A stretch of 64,000 nt of DNA from the human T2T-CHM13v2.0 reference genome, Homo sapiens: the NCBI RefSeq assembly GCF_009914755.1, contig NC_060929.1. The stretch is one strand, 5' to 3'. The position numbers and the translations under genes are program-made. Shown here piece after piece: positions 17,400 to 33,811 of the stretch. Position 1 is the first letter of the stretch. Each line of letters opens with the position of its first letter. A model generated the notes under the pieces. It had not been told where the DNA came from. It saw nothing but the letters and a program-made list of their open reading frames with translations, and ran no database searches.

Positions 17400-17533
17400 C
17401 TTACATATGCCATTAATACAGACATTTCTGCTGTTGCCGCCTTCAAAGCAAGGGGTACCATCAATGACAGCATCCAGCATTTTCTCAGAAAACTGGCCAT
17501 CTATGGGTCGGCAGTAGAGCTCACAAGGATGTG
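17400..17533 (-). CDS. ADAMTS12: ADAMTS12 coding exon (~exon 13, 134 nt), [44 protein letters not shown]
   Basis: TTCAG|CA acceptor and AAG|GTATTG donor. Cys-rich domain motif VIDGTPC...CINGIC. Confidence 0.95.
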
Positions 17534-18748
17534 CTGAAGGGAAAAAAGAAGGCAAAGCCTTGCAAATTAGCTTTTAGCTCAGCATCCTCCCCCAGGATTC
17601 CTCCGTACTTAGGACCCCCAAGTGTCATTTACTCTGGCAATCCCACCTTTTCACCTCCTTGAGACACATGCTGAAATATGCCTCAAGACACATTTCACAC
17701 ATCCAGGTGCTGAATCCAAGGATTATTTTTCCTTTTTCAAAACAAGTTTCATAATGAATTAAATTAAAAGGTTGCTTTAAAATACTCTATGCTTTGCTGT
17801 AAACAATGACTTCTTTCTATTCAACATTGAATTGTGCTTATAAAAATAAGGCACTGGGCATCTGGGGTTAGCTTAGAAAATAAGTTATTGCAACCAGCCA
17901 TGAAGGACTCCAGGCAAGCGGGATGCCTGCTTGTTTCTTGCAGCAAAGTAAGTAGACCTCCAGGGGACAGGCATCCCCTCCCACAGAGCCAGCTCATTAC
18001 TACCACAACCTCCATCACCACCAGCATAATCCTGCCCCAACAAATATCCTCCTCCAGTCTAAGAGGTGCTTAGATTGACAACCATGTAGAAACATTTTTT
18101 TTGTTGAAGCTGAAGCCAACCTGCTTATCATAGTGATCCATCCCATCATCTTGGTCCTACACTGAATCCATTCTAAGGTTCAGTTTTCTACTCCATTGTG
18201 AATGAAGATAGGGTGATCTAGAGCACAGGAACATTTACATAATAAAATGCATAACCATATGTATGTATACAGAATAACCAGAAAGATAGATAACATTTAA
18301 ATCACAGATTGCCTTAAAAATTTTAATAGTGAATACATGTATATGATAAGAAGAATTCAAATAATAATTTTTTAATGAATGTAATGAATGCTTTTCTTTA
18401 GTGAAAAACACAATAATGTCTTCTTTGGCAGGGATTTTGGGGTCTCTTCTGGATGTGTTTATTATGGGCAGGGCTGTTAGTTCCTTCATTGTGTGATCAG
18501 CTGAGGACTCAATGGTACCAGCCATAAGGCTATTCGTCATGGGCCCTTCTCACTGGGCTGGGCACCAAATGCCAAGCCTGAGTGCACAGTGATGGCTCTG
18601 TCTGCTTGAGGTTGCAGTGATTCATGTGGCCAGGAAATGAAAGTGCAAATTTCACACAAATGTAACCATGTGCAAAAGCTCCAAATGCTGAAATGCTGAA
18701 CAAACTTGAGACTAAGGTCAAAAACATCTGTTTAAAGCTTAAAAGAGA

Positions 18749-19049
18749 TAAGTGAACTAGTTCAGAAGCAGAAAGTTAGATAACACATGTTCTCACTTTT
18801 AATTGAGAGCTAAACATTGGATACCCATAGAGATAAAGATGGAGATAGACTCTGGGGACTCCAAAAGTAAGGAGGGTGGAAGGAGGGTGAGGGTTGAAAA
18901 ATTACCTATTGGGTACAGTGTTCAATATTTGGGTGCTAGGTACACTAGAACCCCAATCCCTACCATTATGCATGTAATACCCAGGTAACAAACAAGCACA
19001 TGTGCTCCCTGAATCCAAAAACAAACAAACAAACAAACAAACAAACAAA
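18749..19049 (+). mobile_element. L1PB-like 3' end with (AAAC)n tail
   Basis: L1 3'UTR motifs (GGGTGAGGGTTGAAAAATTACCTATTGGGTAC). Perfect 15-bp TSD AAAGCTTAAAAGAGA at 18734-18748 and 19050-19064. Confidence 0.85.
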
Positions 19050-20370
19050 AAAGCTTAAAAGAGAAAGATAAAAGCAAATATGTAAATAAAGAAAACCAAC
19101 TGATTTCATATAAGGTGCAGTGGATAAGCTGTCTGACCAGATAGACTCAAAATGAGTTGAAGAGATCATTGGATAAACAGCCAGGGGAAAAGTGTCAAGA
19201 CTCTGGGACAAAGCGTGACTTGGGATTATTGTGTAGCTCCATTTCCGGTAGCACGATTAGCTCTGTTACTGCGCAAACTGGAATAGAAGTACTAAAGGGA
19301 GCAACCTGGGAACAATTCTATTCTCCTAAGGATGAGAACATCAATCCAGGTGCTGAATCCAAGGATTATTTTATTAAGACTTTGGTTTAAACTTTAGAAT
19401 TGGATTTGGGATTTTGTATTTGGAATACATAAAGCAAAAATAGAAAGCGGCCCTGAATAATTCTGGAGCTTTTCTAAGGAATCATCTGTTTCAAAGCTGC
19501 TGGGAAGAGTTGGGACCAGAGCATGTTCATTGCGGCAACGGAATGTTTATTCAGAGAGAAACAGACAGATTCACTAAGTCGCATTTACATAATGGACTGC
19601 TATGCAGTCACTAAAAGGAATGAGGTAAACCGTGATGCCATGATCTACTCAGTGCATCAAGTTGCAGAACTGGCAAATTATGGTTCTATTTGTGTGCAAA
19701 TGAAAACCTGCTGTTAGCATGGTTATCTTGGAGGAATACATTAAATGCAGTGGGATAATAGGAATTCATTTCTGTTTCATTCTATTATATGCACTTGCAT
19801 TTTTATAAGACACATACATTCCTTTTAAAATTAATAAGTCTTGGCCCTCAAATAGGAAAACTGGAAAAGTCTTCTTTTTTTTTTTTTCTTTTTTTTTTTA
19901 ATTTATTTATTTTTTTTTATTATACTCTAAGTTTTAGGGTACATGTGCACATTGTGCAGGTTAGTTACATATGTATACATGTGCCATGCTGGTGCACTGC
20001 ACCCACTAATGTGTCATCTAGCATTAGGTATATCTCCCAATGCTATCCCTCCCCCCTCCCCCGACCCCACCACAGTCCCCAGAGTGTGATATTCCCCTTC
20101 CTGTGTCCATGTGATCTCATTGTTCAATTCCCACCTATGAGTGAGAATATGCGGTGTTTGGTTTTTTGTTCTTGCGATAGTTTACTGAGAATGATGGTTT
20201 CCAATTTCATCCATGTCCCTACAAAGGATATGAACTCATCATTTTTTATGGCTGCATAGTATTCCATGGTGTATATGTGCCACATTTTCTTAATCCAGTA
20301 GGACATCTACACCGAAAACCCATCTGTACATCACCATCATCAAAGACCAAAAGTAGATAAAACCACAAAG

Positions 20371-21387
20371 ATGGGGAAAAAACAGAACAGAAAAACTGGA
20401 AACTCTAAAACGCAGAGCGCCTCTCCTCCTCCAAAGGAACGCAGTTCCTCACCAGCAACAGAACAAAGCTGGATGGAGAATGATTTTGACGAGCTGAGAG
20501 AAGAAGGCTTCAGACGATCAAATTACTCTGAGCTACGGGAGGACATTCAAACCAAAGGCAAAGAAGTTGAAAACTTTGAAAAAAATTTAGAAGAATGTAT
20601 AACTAGAATAACCAATACAGAGAAGTGCTTAAAGGAGCTGATGGAGCTGAAAACCAAGGCTCGAGAACTACGTGAAGATTGCAGAAGCCTCAGGAGCCGA
20701 TGCGATCAACTGGAAGAAAGGGTATCAGCAATGGAAGATGAAATGAATGAAATGAAGCGAGAAGGGAAGTTTAGAGAAAAAAGAATAAAAAGAAATGAGC
20801 AAAGCCTCCAAGAAATATGGGACTATGTGAAAAGACCAAATCTACGTCTGATTGGTGTACCTGAAAGTGATGTGGAGAATGGAACCAAGTTGGAGAACAC
20901 TCTGCAGGATATTATCCAGGAGAACTTCCCCAATCTAGCAAGGCAGGCCAACGTTCAGATTCAGGAAATACAGAGAACGCCACAAAGATACTCCTCGAGA
21001 AGAGCAACTCCAAGACACATAATTGTCAGATTCACCAAAGTTGAAATGAAGGAAAAAATGTTAAGGGCAGCCAGAGAGAAAGGTCGGGTTACCCTCAAAG
21101 GAAAGCCCATCAGACTAACAGCGGATCTCTCGGCAGAAACCCTACAAGCCAGAAGAGAGTGGGGGCCAATATTCAACATTCTTAAAGAAAAGAATTTTCA
21201 ACCCAGAATTTCATATCCAGCCAAACTAAGCTTCATAAGTGAAGGAGAAATAAAATACTTTACAGACAAGCAAATGCTGAGAGATTTTGTCACCACCAGG
21301 CCTGCCCTAAAAGAGCTCCTGAAGGAAGCGCTAAACATGGAAAGGAACAACCGGTACCAGCCGCTGCAAAATCATGCCAAAATGTAA
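20371..21387 (+). CDS. L1 ORF1p (338 aa, intact reading frame, promoterless copy)
   Basis: MGKKQNRKTGNSKTQSASPPPKERSSSP...YPAKLS...NHAKM. Only about 70 nt of 5'UTR is retained upstream. Confidence 0.93.
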   Translation: MGKKQNRKTGNSKTQSASPPPKERSSSPATEQSWMENDFDELREEGFRRSNYSELREDIQTKGKEVENFEKNLEECITRITNTEKCLKELMELKTKARELREDCRSLRSRCDQLEERVSAMEDEMNEMKREGKFREKRIKRNEQSLQEIWDYVKRPNLRLIGVPESDVENGTKLENTLQDIIQENFPNLARQANVQIQEIQRTPQRYSSRRATPRHIIVRFTKVEMKEKMLRAAREKGRVTLKGKPIRLTADLSAETLQARREWGPIFNILKEKNFQPRISYPAKLSFISEGEIKYFTDKQMLRDFVTTRPALKELLKEALNMERNNRYQPLQNHAKM

Positions 21388-21426
21388 AGACCATCGAGAC
21401 TAGGAAGAAACTGCATCAACTAATGA

Positions 21427-25151
<3,725 letters not shown>

Positions 25152-26705
25152 TAATTTCAAAACTTCCCTTCATCCTGTTTCCACAACACAGGACTAGTAC
25201 ATTCTTCAAGGCTAGACAGGTTAACTGAAGTACACTGCCTACAAGAAACACACATGTGTGTTGACTATAAGTATAGTGGTTTATGGAGTCTTAGAAATTA
25301 TCCAGGAAATAACATTTATAATAACAACAATGACAGCATACAGATCCTCTGCTGCAACTCTCCCAGAGCTCCCACGACCATGACCTATAGGTGTGCCTCA
25401 GGCCTATGTTTGAAAGCAGTCATCCTAAATGGAAGGTTCAGTGCTATTCAAGGCTTTTATAAGGCTGAGCCTGAAGTCCTCCTCTGTCCCCTCCTTCTCT
25501 GGCCTTTGTCTTTCATGGTGCTCTGGAAGGGCTCTGGTTATATCATTAAGTTGTCCTGTGGCACAGGGATCTGCAGGAGGAGGCAAGGGTGGTAATGGAT
25601 GGTCTTAATTCTTGGGAGTCATCACTGGTATCAGAGATTCTCTGTGCCGGACATCAACCTTGTTGAGTCCATCATCTCTACAGAGTTGAGTACTTTCCTT
25701 GTCTCACATTTACTCCCCTGCCCTGACACATCCTTTTTTAGGGTCATGTGATTTTTTTTCCCTCTAGCTTTCAAAAGCTTTCAAGTCCATTTATAATTCA
25801 CCTAAGCAAAAGCTCTAAAACTAATTTACTAGTGAACTCTCACCCTCACACTCTCTGATTAATCCTCTCAAAGGGAGCTTAGGAAAAGAGATGAACTTAC
25901 CGAATCAAAGTTTGCATTTTCAATTTTGCAGAAACAGGGTGGCTCAACATTTTTGGATAATGATCTTAATAAATGACAGAAATGAAAGCTCTAACTTGCT
26001 AAAAAGAATGAAAATATTTCTTAGGTAAGGAAAAGTTTTGATGCATTTCGTGTTTTGTGAATAGACTGGAAAGTGAGTTTCATCATTTTAAAGAATCCAG
26101 TTTCTAAAATCCATTCACAGGCAGGGCTTCGTGGGCATTAGACCGGTGCTTTTACCCAGGACCTCACACTTGGTTGAATGCTATTGTCTCTGTCTTGCAA
26201 TTCTTAAACATTTTACCTTTGAACTTGTGTTCGGTAAGGGAAGGCCAAAACGGGAAGGCGGTGTGCACATGAAGAGAAGGGATCTGTGGTGTGCACCCCT
26301 GCCACTCCTCAACAGATCCCAGGAAATACTAAACCCCAAAGCAAAAGGCATAACTTAAAATGTTTTATTGATGCAAGAAGTTATGTTTAACTTAAAAAGG
26401 AAGCTCAGCTAAGAATTAAAATCAAATCAGCTTGGAGGAAAAAGCAAAAATGAAAACTTGTCACTCTGTATCACAGCCCAAAATCAGTCATTACCAAGAG
26501 TTTGAAACCTTTGGCTAGTCTAAAATGGTATTCTTGTACTTTCTAATACTATAATCTTATTGTAATCCCCACAATACATAGAAATATGTATTAGTGAAAT
26601 ATAAGAAGGCATTAAAATGAATATATTCTATAGTAACCACAGAAAGGTATAAAAACAAAAGTAGAAATAATTTTTTAAAATGAATTAAACCCTTGTCATT
26701 GATGT

Positions 26706-26893
26706 TTTCTCTTTATTTTATATTTTATTTTTAAAATTTTTCTGTAGAGGCAGGGTCTTACTCTGTCACCCAGGCTGGAGTGAGGTGGTGCAATCATAGG
26801 TCATTACAGCCTTAAACTTCTGTGATGAAGCGATCCTCCCGCCCCACCCTCCTGACTAGTTAGGATTACAGGGGTGCACCACTATGCCTGGCT
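26706..26893 (-). mobile_element. Old Alu monomer (FRAM/AluJ right arm)
   Basis: Single Alu arm with degenerate T tail. Approximate TSD TGT(C)ATTGATGT. Confidence 0.7.
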
Positions 26894-29443
26894 GTATTGA
26901 TGTATTATATTAGGGTAAGTGCAGTAATGAGTTTTCTATTTACCGTGTAGTTTTAAGTTCTGTCTTTTGGTTAAGATGCTTAAGAGGTAAACTTAGAATC
27001 ACAACTTAAATTATTTAAGCAATGTAATAATTAGTCATCAATGCTTAAATGTTTAGAAAACACTGGTTCTCAAGGGCAAGATATATAGGTTTAATAAACT
27101 GAGCCTTAATCATAATAAAAAGGGTTGTTGGGTTTTCTAGCAGAGCTCCTGGCTTACGAAATAATCGAAGGTTTTAAAGACATGAACATTGCCTTAGGGA
27201 AAATTCAAAATTCAGTGCATTGGTCTTAAGGAAATGAACTTAACCCAGTCCCTGTGTGTTTTCGTGCTTAATGATGAGGCTGCAGAGTCAGGCATGGGCT
27301 AACTCTTGGTTCTATTTCATAGTCTGAATTTGGGCAAGTTACAGAGGTCCTCCGAACCTATTAGCTTATCTCTAAAAATTGGGTCAAAAACAGCTCTCCT
27401 TGAAGGGTTTTCTTGTGGAGATAAAATTAGGAAAAAGCATATAAAGTGCTGTGGGAAGTATCACTGTCCACTGAGGGGGTAGAAAACTCTGCTGTATGTT
27501 TATTTTATCCTCTGGTGATTTCTAAAAGGATGCCTGGGAGGCTGTAAGGCCCTCGATATCTGGCACAGAAAAAATGCTGCATAAATCCTTGTTGACATGA
27601 ACGACCTACTGGCAGGGATGCCTGTTAACTAAGCAAATAGCAACTCTGTAGACAGAGTATAATGGGGAAAGTCATCAGTGTGCTGTTCAAGGTAGTAGCT
27701 ATTCAGGTTAGCAGATAAGTCATTGTCTGCTAATGAAAATAATAGCATAGGAATCTGTAAAGAAACTACCGGGATAGAGGATGAATACTGATAGACCGGG
27801 TAGGGAGTAAGGTCAGCAGGTGGCAAACTTCATCTGAGTTAGAGAAGCAAATCAATCACTCCAGAGTGAGTGGAATTGATGTCAACTTGTATAACGCTCA
27901 CTTCTTTAGTACCTATTGCTTTGCTAGTCAAAAAGTAGGCACATGATGAATGCTTGCAAACAAATGAAAAGCAATGCTGAATCAAATATTTTTATTCTAA
28001 GTCCAGCTACTTGAGCCATCAGGGTTAGATAGACACAAATCCAACTGTATATCTGGGAGGGGGATCCCGTACTAAGCACATGTGATATCACTGGAGCAGC
28101 TATGCTATCTTAGCTCTGACAGGCTGCTCATTCAGAGTCTACAGGACCACTGACCCAAATAGTTTTAACAAATCAAGAATGCGCAGGATATACACATAGA
28201 TAGCACTGGCTGGATGCACCTTTCATCACTTGATAATTTTGGAGTACACCTGAGTATATGTCTGAGTTTTCCTGTATTCAAATGCCTGACTCAGGAAACT
28301 AAATTGCACCAATAACCAAATGGTTTTCCCCTCTAGATCATAAATGACACCAAACGATTGGGGGCAAGGAGCAATCACTGCCCTTGACAACTAAGAGCAT
28401 CAGGGTATTTTGGAGACCTGAGCTGAGCAAACCACTGCAGAGTCTTTCTTTCAAAAGCTATTGCATAAGTCATTGTTCTAACAGCCCAAATACACAATTC
28501 TCAAATCTGTGATTTTTCTTGTGCCCTATTCACAATGGATTTTCTGGAACTCAAAAATCATGAAAAATTTGATTAGCTATTTTTTACTACCTTGCCTTAA
28601 ATTTCTTTAACACAGGAAAATCTTTTCTGTTTCATTTCCTACTCAGATAACAACAAACAACACAAATATGTTTTTTGATGTTGATGTCTAGCTAACGGTC
28701 ATTGATTCTTCTTCATTTTAAGGAGAGAATGTGTCTGGACGTTTTGCCAAGGCCGCTATTCCATTCTCCAACTCCATTATGTCCCCATCCCTCCTGTGCA
28801 ACATTCAGATGTTTGATTTTACTTTTCACCCTTCTCATACTCCAGTACATATAAAATGTTGACTTCTGTTGCAGAGCTGGCTTTTGTTCTTTCATTCCTA
28901 TTATCTTGCCTTTCCGCCTGTTATTCTACTCCCACTTGGAATGACTCTATTTTGAATGTCTTCCCTTTTCTTTCTTCTTGTGGAAAGACTGCTCATGAAA
29001 GCATAAGTAGTCTTAAGAATCATCAACTGCTTCACTGGAAGCCTTTTTTTTGCAATTACTTCAAACCCACAATGACCTTTTCTTCGGAATTTCTGACGAA
29101 ATCACAGTCAGTTTCTCATGTCCATCAACAAGCAATTAGTTACTGAATTCCTACATGTCCTATTAATGGCTCAATTGCACCTCAGCTGTTTTGAAGCAAG
29201 TCACCATGTTTTATAAACTTCTTTTATCTCCCACAAAGCTCAGACAGAGTTGAATGTATTCAGCCTTCAACATTTACTGATCAACTTAACCAGGTCAGTG
29301 TTTCCATCTTCTAAATTACAAAATTCCTGGTGTACAATTGTCTTTGTTAAGCTTTGTATGGATCACAGAAACCCTGACTGACATACAAATGCTTTGAGAA
29401 TGGCTGTTCCCTAGATCTGAGATACACCATTACAGCTCCTTAC

Positions 29444-29613
29444 CTGGGTTAAAAATGGGAAACCAGTGGTAGAGTTCATTCTTGTAGGGAACAGTGTCAA
29501 ATTCACTGCACTGCATCTGCCGAAATGTTGGTGCCTCTGAGCGACAGGGGTGGACGTTGCACAAGCGATAGCGTTTTCTTTCTCCAGTGCAATATTTCCC
29601 TCCAAACTTTGGC
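29444..29613 (-). CDS. ADAMTS12: ADAMTS12 coding exon (~exon 12, 170 nt), [56 protein letters not shown]
   Basis: TGCAG|G acceptor and CAG|GTAAGG donor. End of TSR1 and start of the Cys-rich domain (FRxxQC). Confidence 0.96.
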
Positions 29614-32600
29614 CTGCAAATGAAACAGACAAGCTTTTCTTTTAGTTTGCTTAAACGCCAACACTTTCCTTTAAAACTCCTCTGGTATCTGGCCTTGACA
29701 AATGATGTCTCTCTATGCCCTCAAAACTTACCTTTTAAATAACTGCTTCAAATTTTACACATTTTTTCCTTGCCTGACAACATTTCAGTCCTAAGTGTAT
29801 AGTAGCTTATTTTGAAATAGTTTATATATCATTTCCACCTGTATATCCTCCAGGTGAAATCTACGCCAAAAAAGGATACATCATTTTCCTTTCGAGTATG
29901 CTCCTTCTCTGATTCCTATTTGGTGAGTTAAAAGTGGTCAGATTTCAGAATCATCCATCTGTGCCTTCCTTGGATCCCACAGTCAATCAGTTGCCTGGTC
30001 ATCAGTTGCCTATTTACATTTATTTCCTACTCTTCAACTCTGCAATAATCAAATAGTCCAATTCTTATCTCCATTCCTATCTCTACTTTTAAAATTCTTA
30101 TCTCCATTTCTATCTCTACTTTTAAAATTGAACCCACAGTACAAACAATTATCAGGCTAAATTTTCAGATGACCTTAATTATTTTAGTTCCCTGTTTTAA
30201 AATCACTAACAGCATCCAATGGTCACATCAGCCTCCTGAGCTTGGCATTCAAAGCCCTCACAATCCTGCCTTAACTCACCTTAACAATTTACTTCCCACA
30301 CTCTGCTTCATGTTACACTGCTCCAGTGGTGCCACCTGCCTTATTTAATATTTCTTTTGGATAGATTTTTTTCCTCCCTTAAAGTCTCCACATGTCTACA
30401 TACTGCTCATGCTTGAAGAACTAAATAAATGCTACCTCCTTCACGAATCCTTCCTGGATTTCCATCAGCAGTAATTTTTTTCTCCTCTTCAGTGACACTT
30501 TGTGTGCCAGCTGCCTGCACGTCCTGAATCTATCATTCCCAAAGATAGTTCTTTGATGGCACAATCCAAGCTCTGTGTCCTCTGTGGTGCCTCACAGTAC
30601 TTTGGGCATAGGAGGCTCTTAATAGATATTCAATGGGTGAATAAGTTAATCTTATTTTAGAAAAATCACTTTTTGATTTTTCTTTCCTTTGTGATACACC
30701 TGAGGGCATACCAGCCTTCCTGTCAGGATCAATGGGTCTCTCAAAATGGGAGAGGGGAGACGTGAAGAAACTATCCTTTGAGAAGGTTCCCAGGCATGCC
30801 TTCTGGTCTCCATCTTGCTGCAGTATCTGAATCAGGGAGTGTGCCTCCTATCGCAGGAGTGCCAATAGCCTGGAGTTCGAATTTGGTATTATCTTTTTGT
30901 TAGATGGATCTGAATAAGTTACCTCATTTCTCTGAGCCTCAGTTTTTTTTCGTTTGTAAAATGAGCATAATAGTTTTTATCTCACAAGTTGTATTGCATG
31001 AGACAATGCACACACAGATTTAGTAGAGTAACTAACACAGAATGAGAGATCAATAACTGAGAGCATTTTTTTTGGTTATCGTGAATAATAATCAACCAGC
31101 ATTTATATACTACCATGTGCTCAACACTGTTCAGGGAGAAGAGAGTGCAAATGAAGGTCAACCCATGCTCTATGCTTCCTAGAAGTTTATAATTTGGTTG
31201 AGGAGAAAAAAATGAGCTATATAAGAAATGAGAGAAAATTTAAGACAGCAATTATGTATCCCAGACTGAAAGTACAATGAGAGTTATGTGAAGGGGAAAG
31301 CCATGGAAATGAGGCTAGTTGGGAAGGATTTACGGAAGGGCTTGTCCTGGAGAATGGTCTTAAAGGACGACTGGAAAGTCCTTCTCAGTGCAAAGGCAGA
31401 AGGCATGTCGAGCGAGCAGTCCAGATGAAATCGTATTCCAGGGACACAGAAAGCTAGAACAGCTCCCCAAAGGACACAGGTGGTAGTGGCAAAGCCAAGA
31501 CTTGAATCGTCGTCTTCCTTGATCCAAAGCCTGAGCTCTTATCCACTATGTTACACTGCCTGACCACAAAATCCTGAGAGACAGAGAACTCAAATCCTGG
31601 CAGTCTAGTCAAGTACTGGTTGCAGCTGTAATTCTTGTTGATTCTGCTGTACTTTGTTCTCCTTGAATGCCCATGAGATTTTCTATACCTCCCCTCCCTC
31701 AATGTGGCCTGAGTAAGCTTCTGTTCCTCACTCATGAAAGAGTTTTGACCAAGGCAGTTCACATAGTAGGCTCTTAATTTGTTGATTCCCTTTAGGAGGT
31801 ACCAAGAATTGTCCTTGTTATTTAAGGTGAGGCTGGTTTTCTATTTGTGCTGATGCAGGGACACTCTATGACCTGGTATGTCTCCAATTCATTTCCATCC
31901 AATCAATATCACTGACAGCCTCTTATGAGCCGAGCTCTGCTGGGTTCTCACTAGACAGTTGACCTACAGCAAGGATGCAGTCCCAAGATCAGCTGGCTCA
32001 TGCACTGGCCTGAATCTGTGACTTGAACCACAGATCCAAATCTATGATGCGGTGCCATTGGCAGTGTTAGCAATGAATTTAAGCAAACCGGCAATGAAGA
32101 ACAGGCATGTCCACTCACCCAAAGAGACTCTATGACAAACTGTGGCCTTGGAGATGAGAATTAGAACTACCTTTCTCCTGAAGCCAGGTTAGAGATTCAT
32201 CCTTCACCTCCTCAACTAGGAGTTCCCTTCTCTGATAGCCACAAGTCACTGACCAACCTGCCAAGAACTTTCACACTGGTGGTGTCTGAATATACAGCAT
32301 TGACAATAAGTCCCAGAGCAAATTGCCTTTCTTTTCTGATCTCTCAAATGAAAATGGAAATCACATTTCTGGATCAAATGGAAACAAACGATTAAATGAC
32401 AATTTTCTCTAAAAACAAAATACTCTATGAGAAACTCTTGGTTTTGAATTTTGAAAGTCACAGAAACCCAGTACTTAAATAAAACAACTTTCATCAAAGG
32501 GTGAAATTTTAAAATAATTTTGTGAAGAATTTCCAAATGCATGCTTATAAATGTGGTAAATGATAAAGATTCATAATAACTACTATTTATTAACACTTTA

Positions 32601-33665
32601 TTATGTAGTAGATACTGTGTTAAATTCCTTACACATACTAACTTATTAACCCTTAGAAAAAATATATAATATATATAGTGTATATATGTATATATGTAAT
32701 GTATACATGCATATATATTCATATATACATATACTTATATTTAAATACTATACATCTAGGTAATACAGTTATTAACAAAAAGGATAAATAACCTTTGGAA
32801 TTGAGATATTGAGAGATAAAATCACTTTTATTGCTCGCCTTTTAAAAAATGTGACTCCTACTTTTCAAAGTAGATGAATGTAAATTTAGATAAAAGAAAC
32901 AATATAATTTCCACTTAAAGGAGATATCACATATACACTTTTAAGAAATTACTTGGGAGACAGTATATCAGAAAATAATGAAATTAAGAATGTAATGTGT
33001 ATTTGGAAAACAAGCAAGTTTAAATTTACCTCATATATAATATTATCATACAAATAGAATATATGAAAAATTAAGCAATTTGCTTAAACAATTGAAAGTC
33101 ACTTGTAAAATAACATTTGCAGAATCCTTAACAGGCCACTGCGGAACTTTAGGGTTTATAAAAATCCTTATCTAAAAATATTAAAAATAATTGTCCTCAA
33201 AAATGTACCTGTTTTACTAGTTGCTTAAGGAAAGAATTATTCTCATAAAATTGTGTATTCATTATCATTGAAAGCAAGCTACAATCTTATCAGCAAAATT
33301 GCGTTTCACTAATCTCTACTGATAAAATTGAGTTATTTAAAAAGATTTAATTGTATAATCTCCTAGAGGCTTTCACATAGATTGCACATTTAAAAGAAAT
33401 TTGCTTTATTTCCCCAAATGATAAAATCAGCTTACTTATCCAAGTTTTAGTGAGAATCCAGTGCCAAGCCGAAATGAAACAACACAAAACAGAACCACTT
33501 TTTTTCCCCACTCTCTGTGAATCTTCTTGTTCTGTTTTGTCCTGGGAACCCATTTAATTTACCTGGAGGAGGCTTGGGGTCACTGAGGTCATGCCATTCA
33601 AGACTGCCCCCCATCCCGCCCCCAGCACATGTGGAGAGAAGGGAAATATATTTATCTGGACTCAC

Positions 33666-33811
33666 TCGGGGTTGTTGCAGAGCCTCTCTGCGCTCTGGAC
33701 TCCAGCCCCACAGGTCCTGGAACAGTGGGACCAGGGTGACCAGCGGCCCCAGCCTCCAGGAATGCTCTCTGGTTTCTTCCCCACTGTGATGCACTTGCCT
33801 GCCATACACCA
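33666..33811 (-). CDS. ADAMTS12: ADAMTS12 coding exon (~exon 11, 146 nt), [49 protein letters not shown] (TSR1)
   Basis: CCAG|TGG acceptor and GA|GTGAGT donor. Thrombospondin type-1 motif WxxWxxWxxCSRTCG. Confidence 0.96.
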
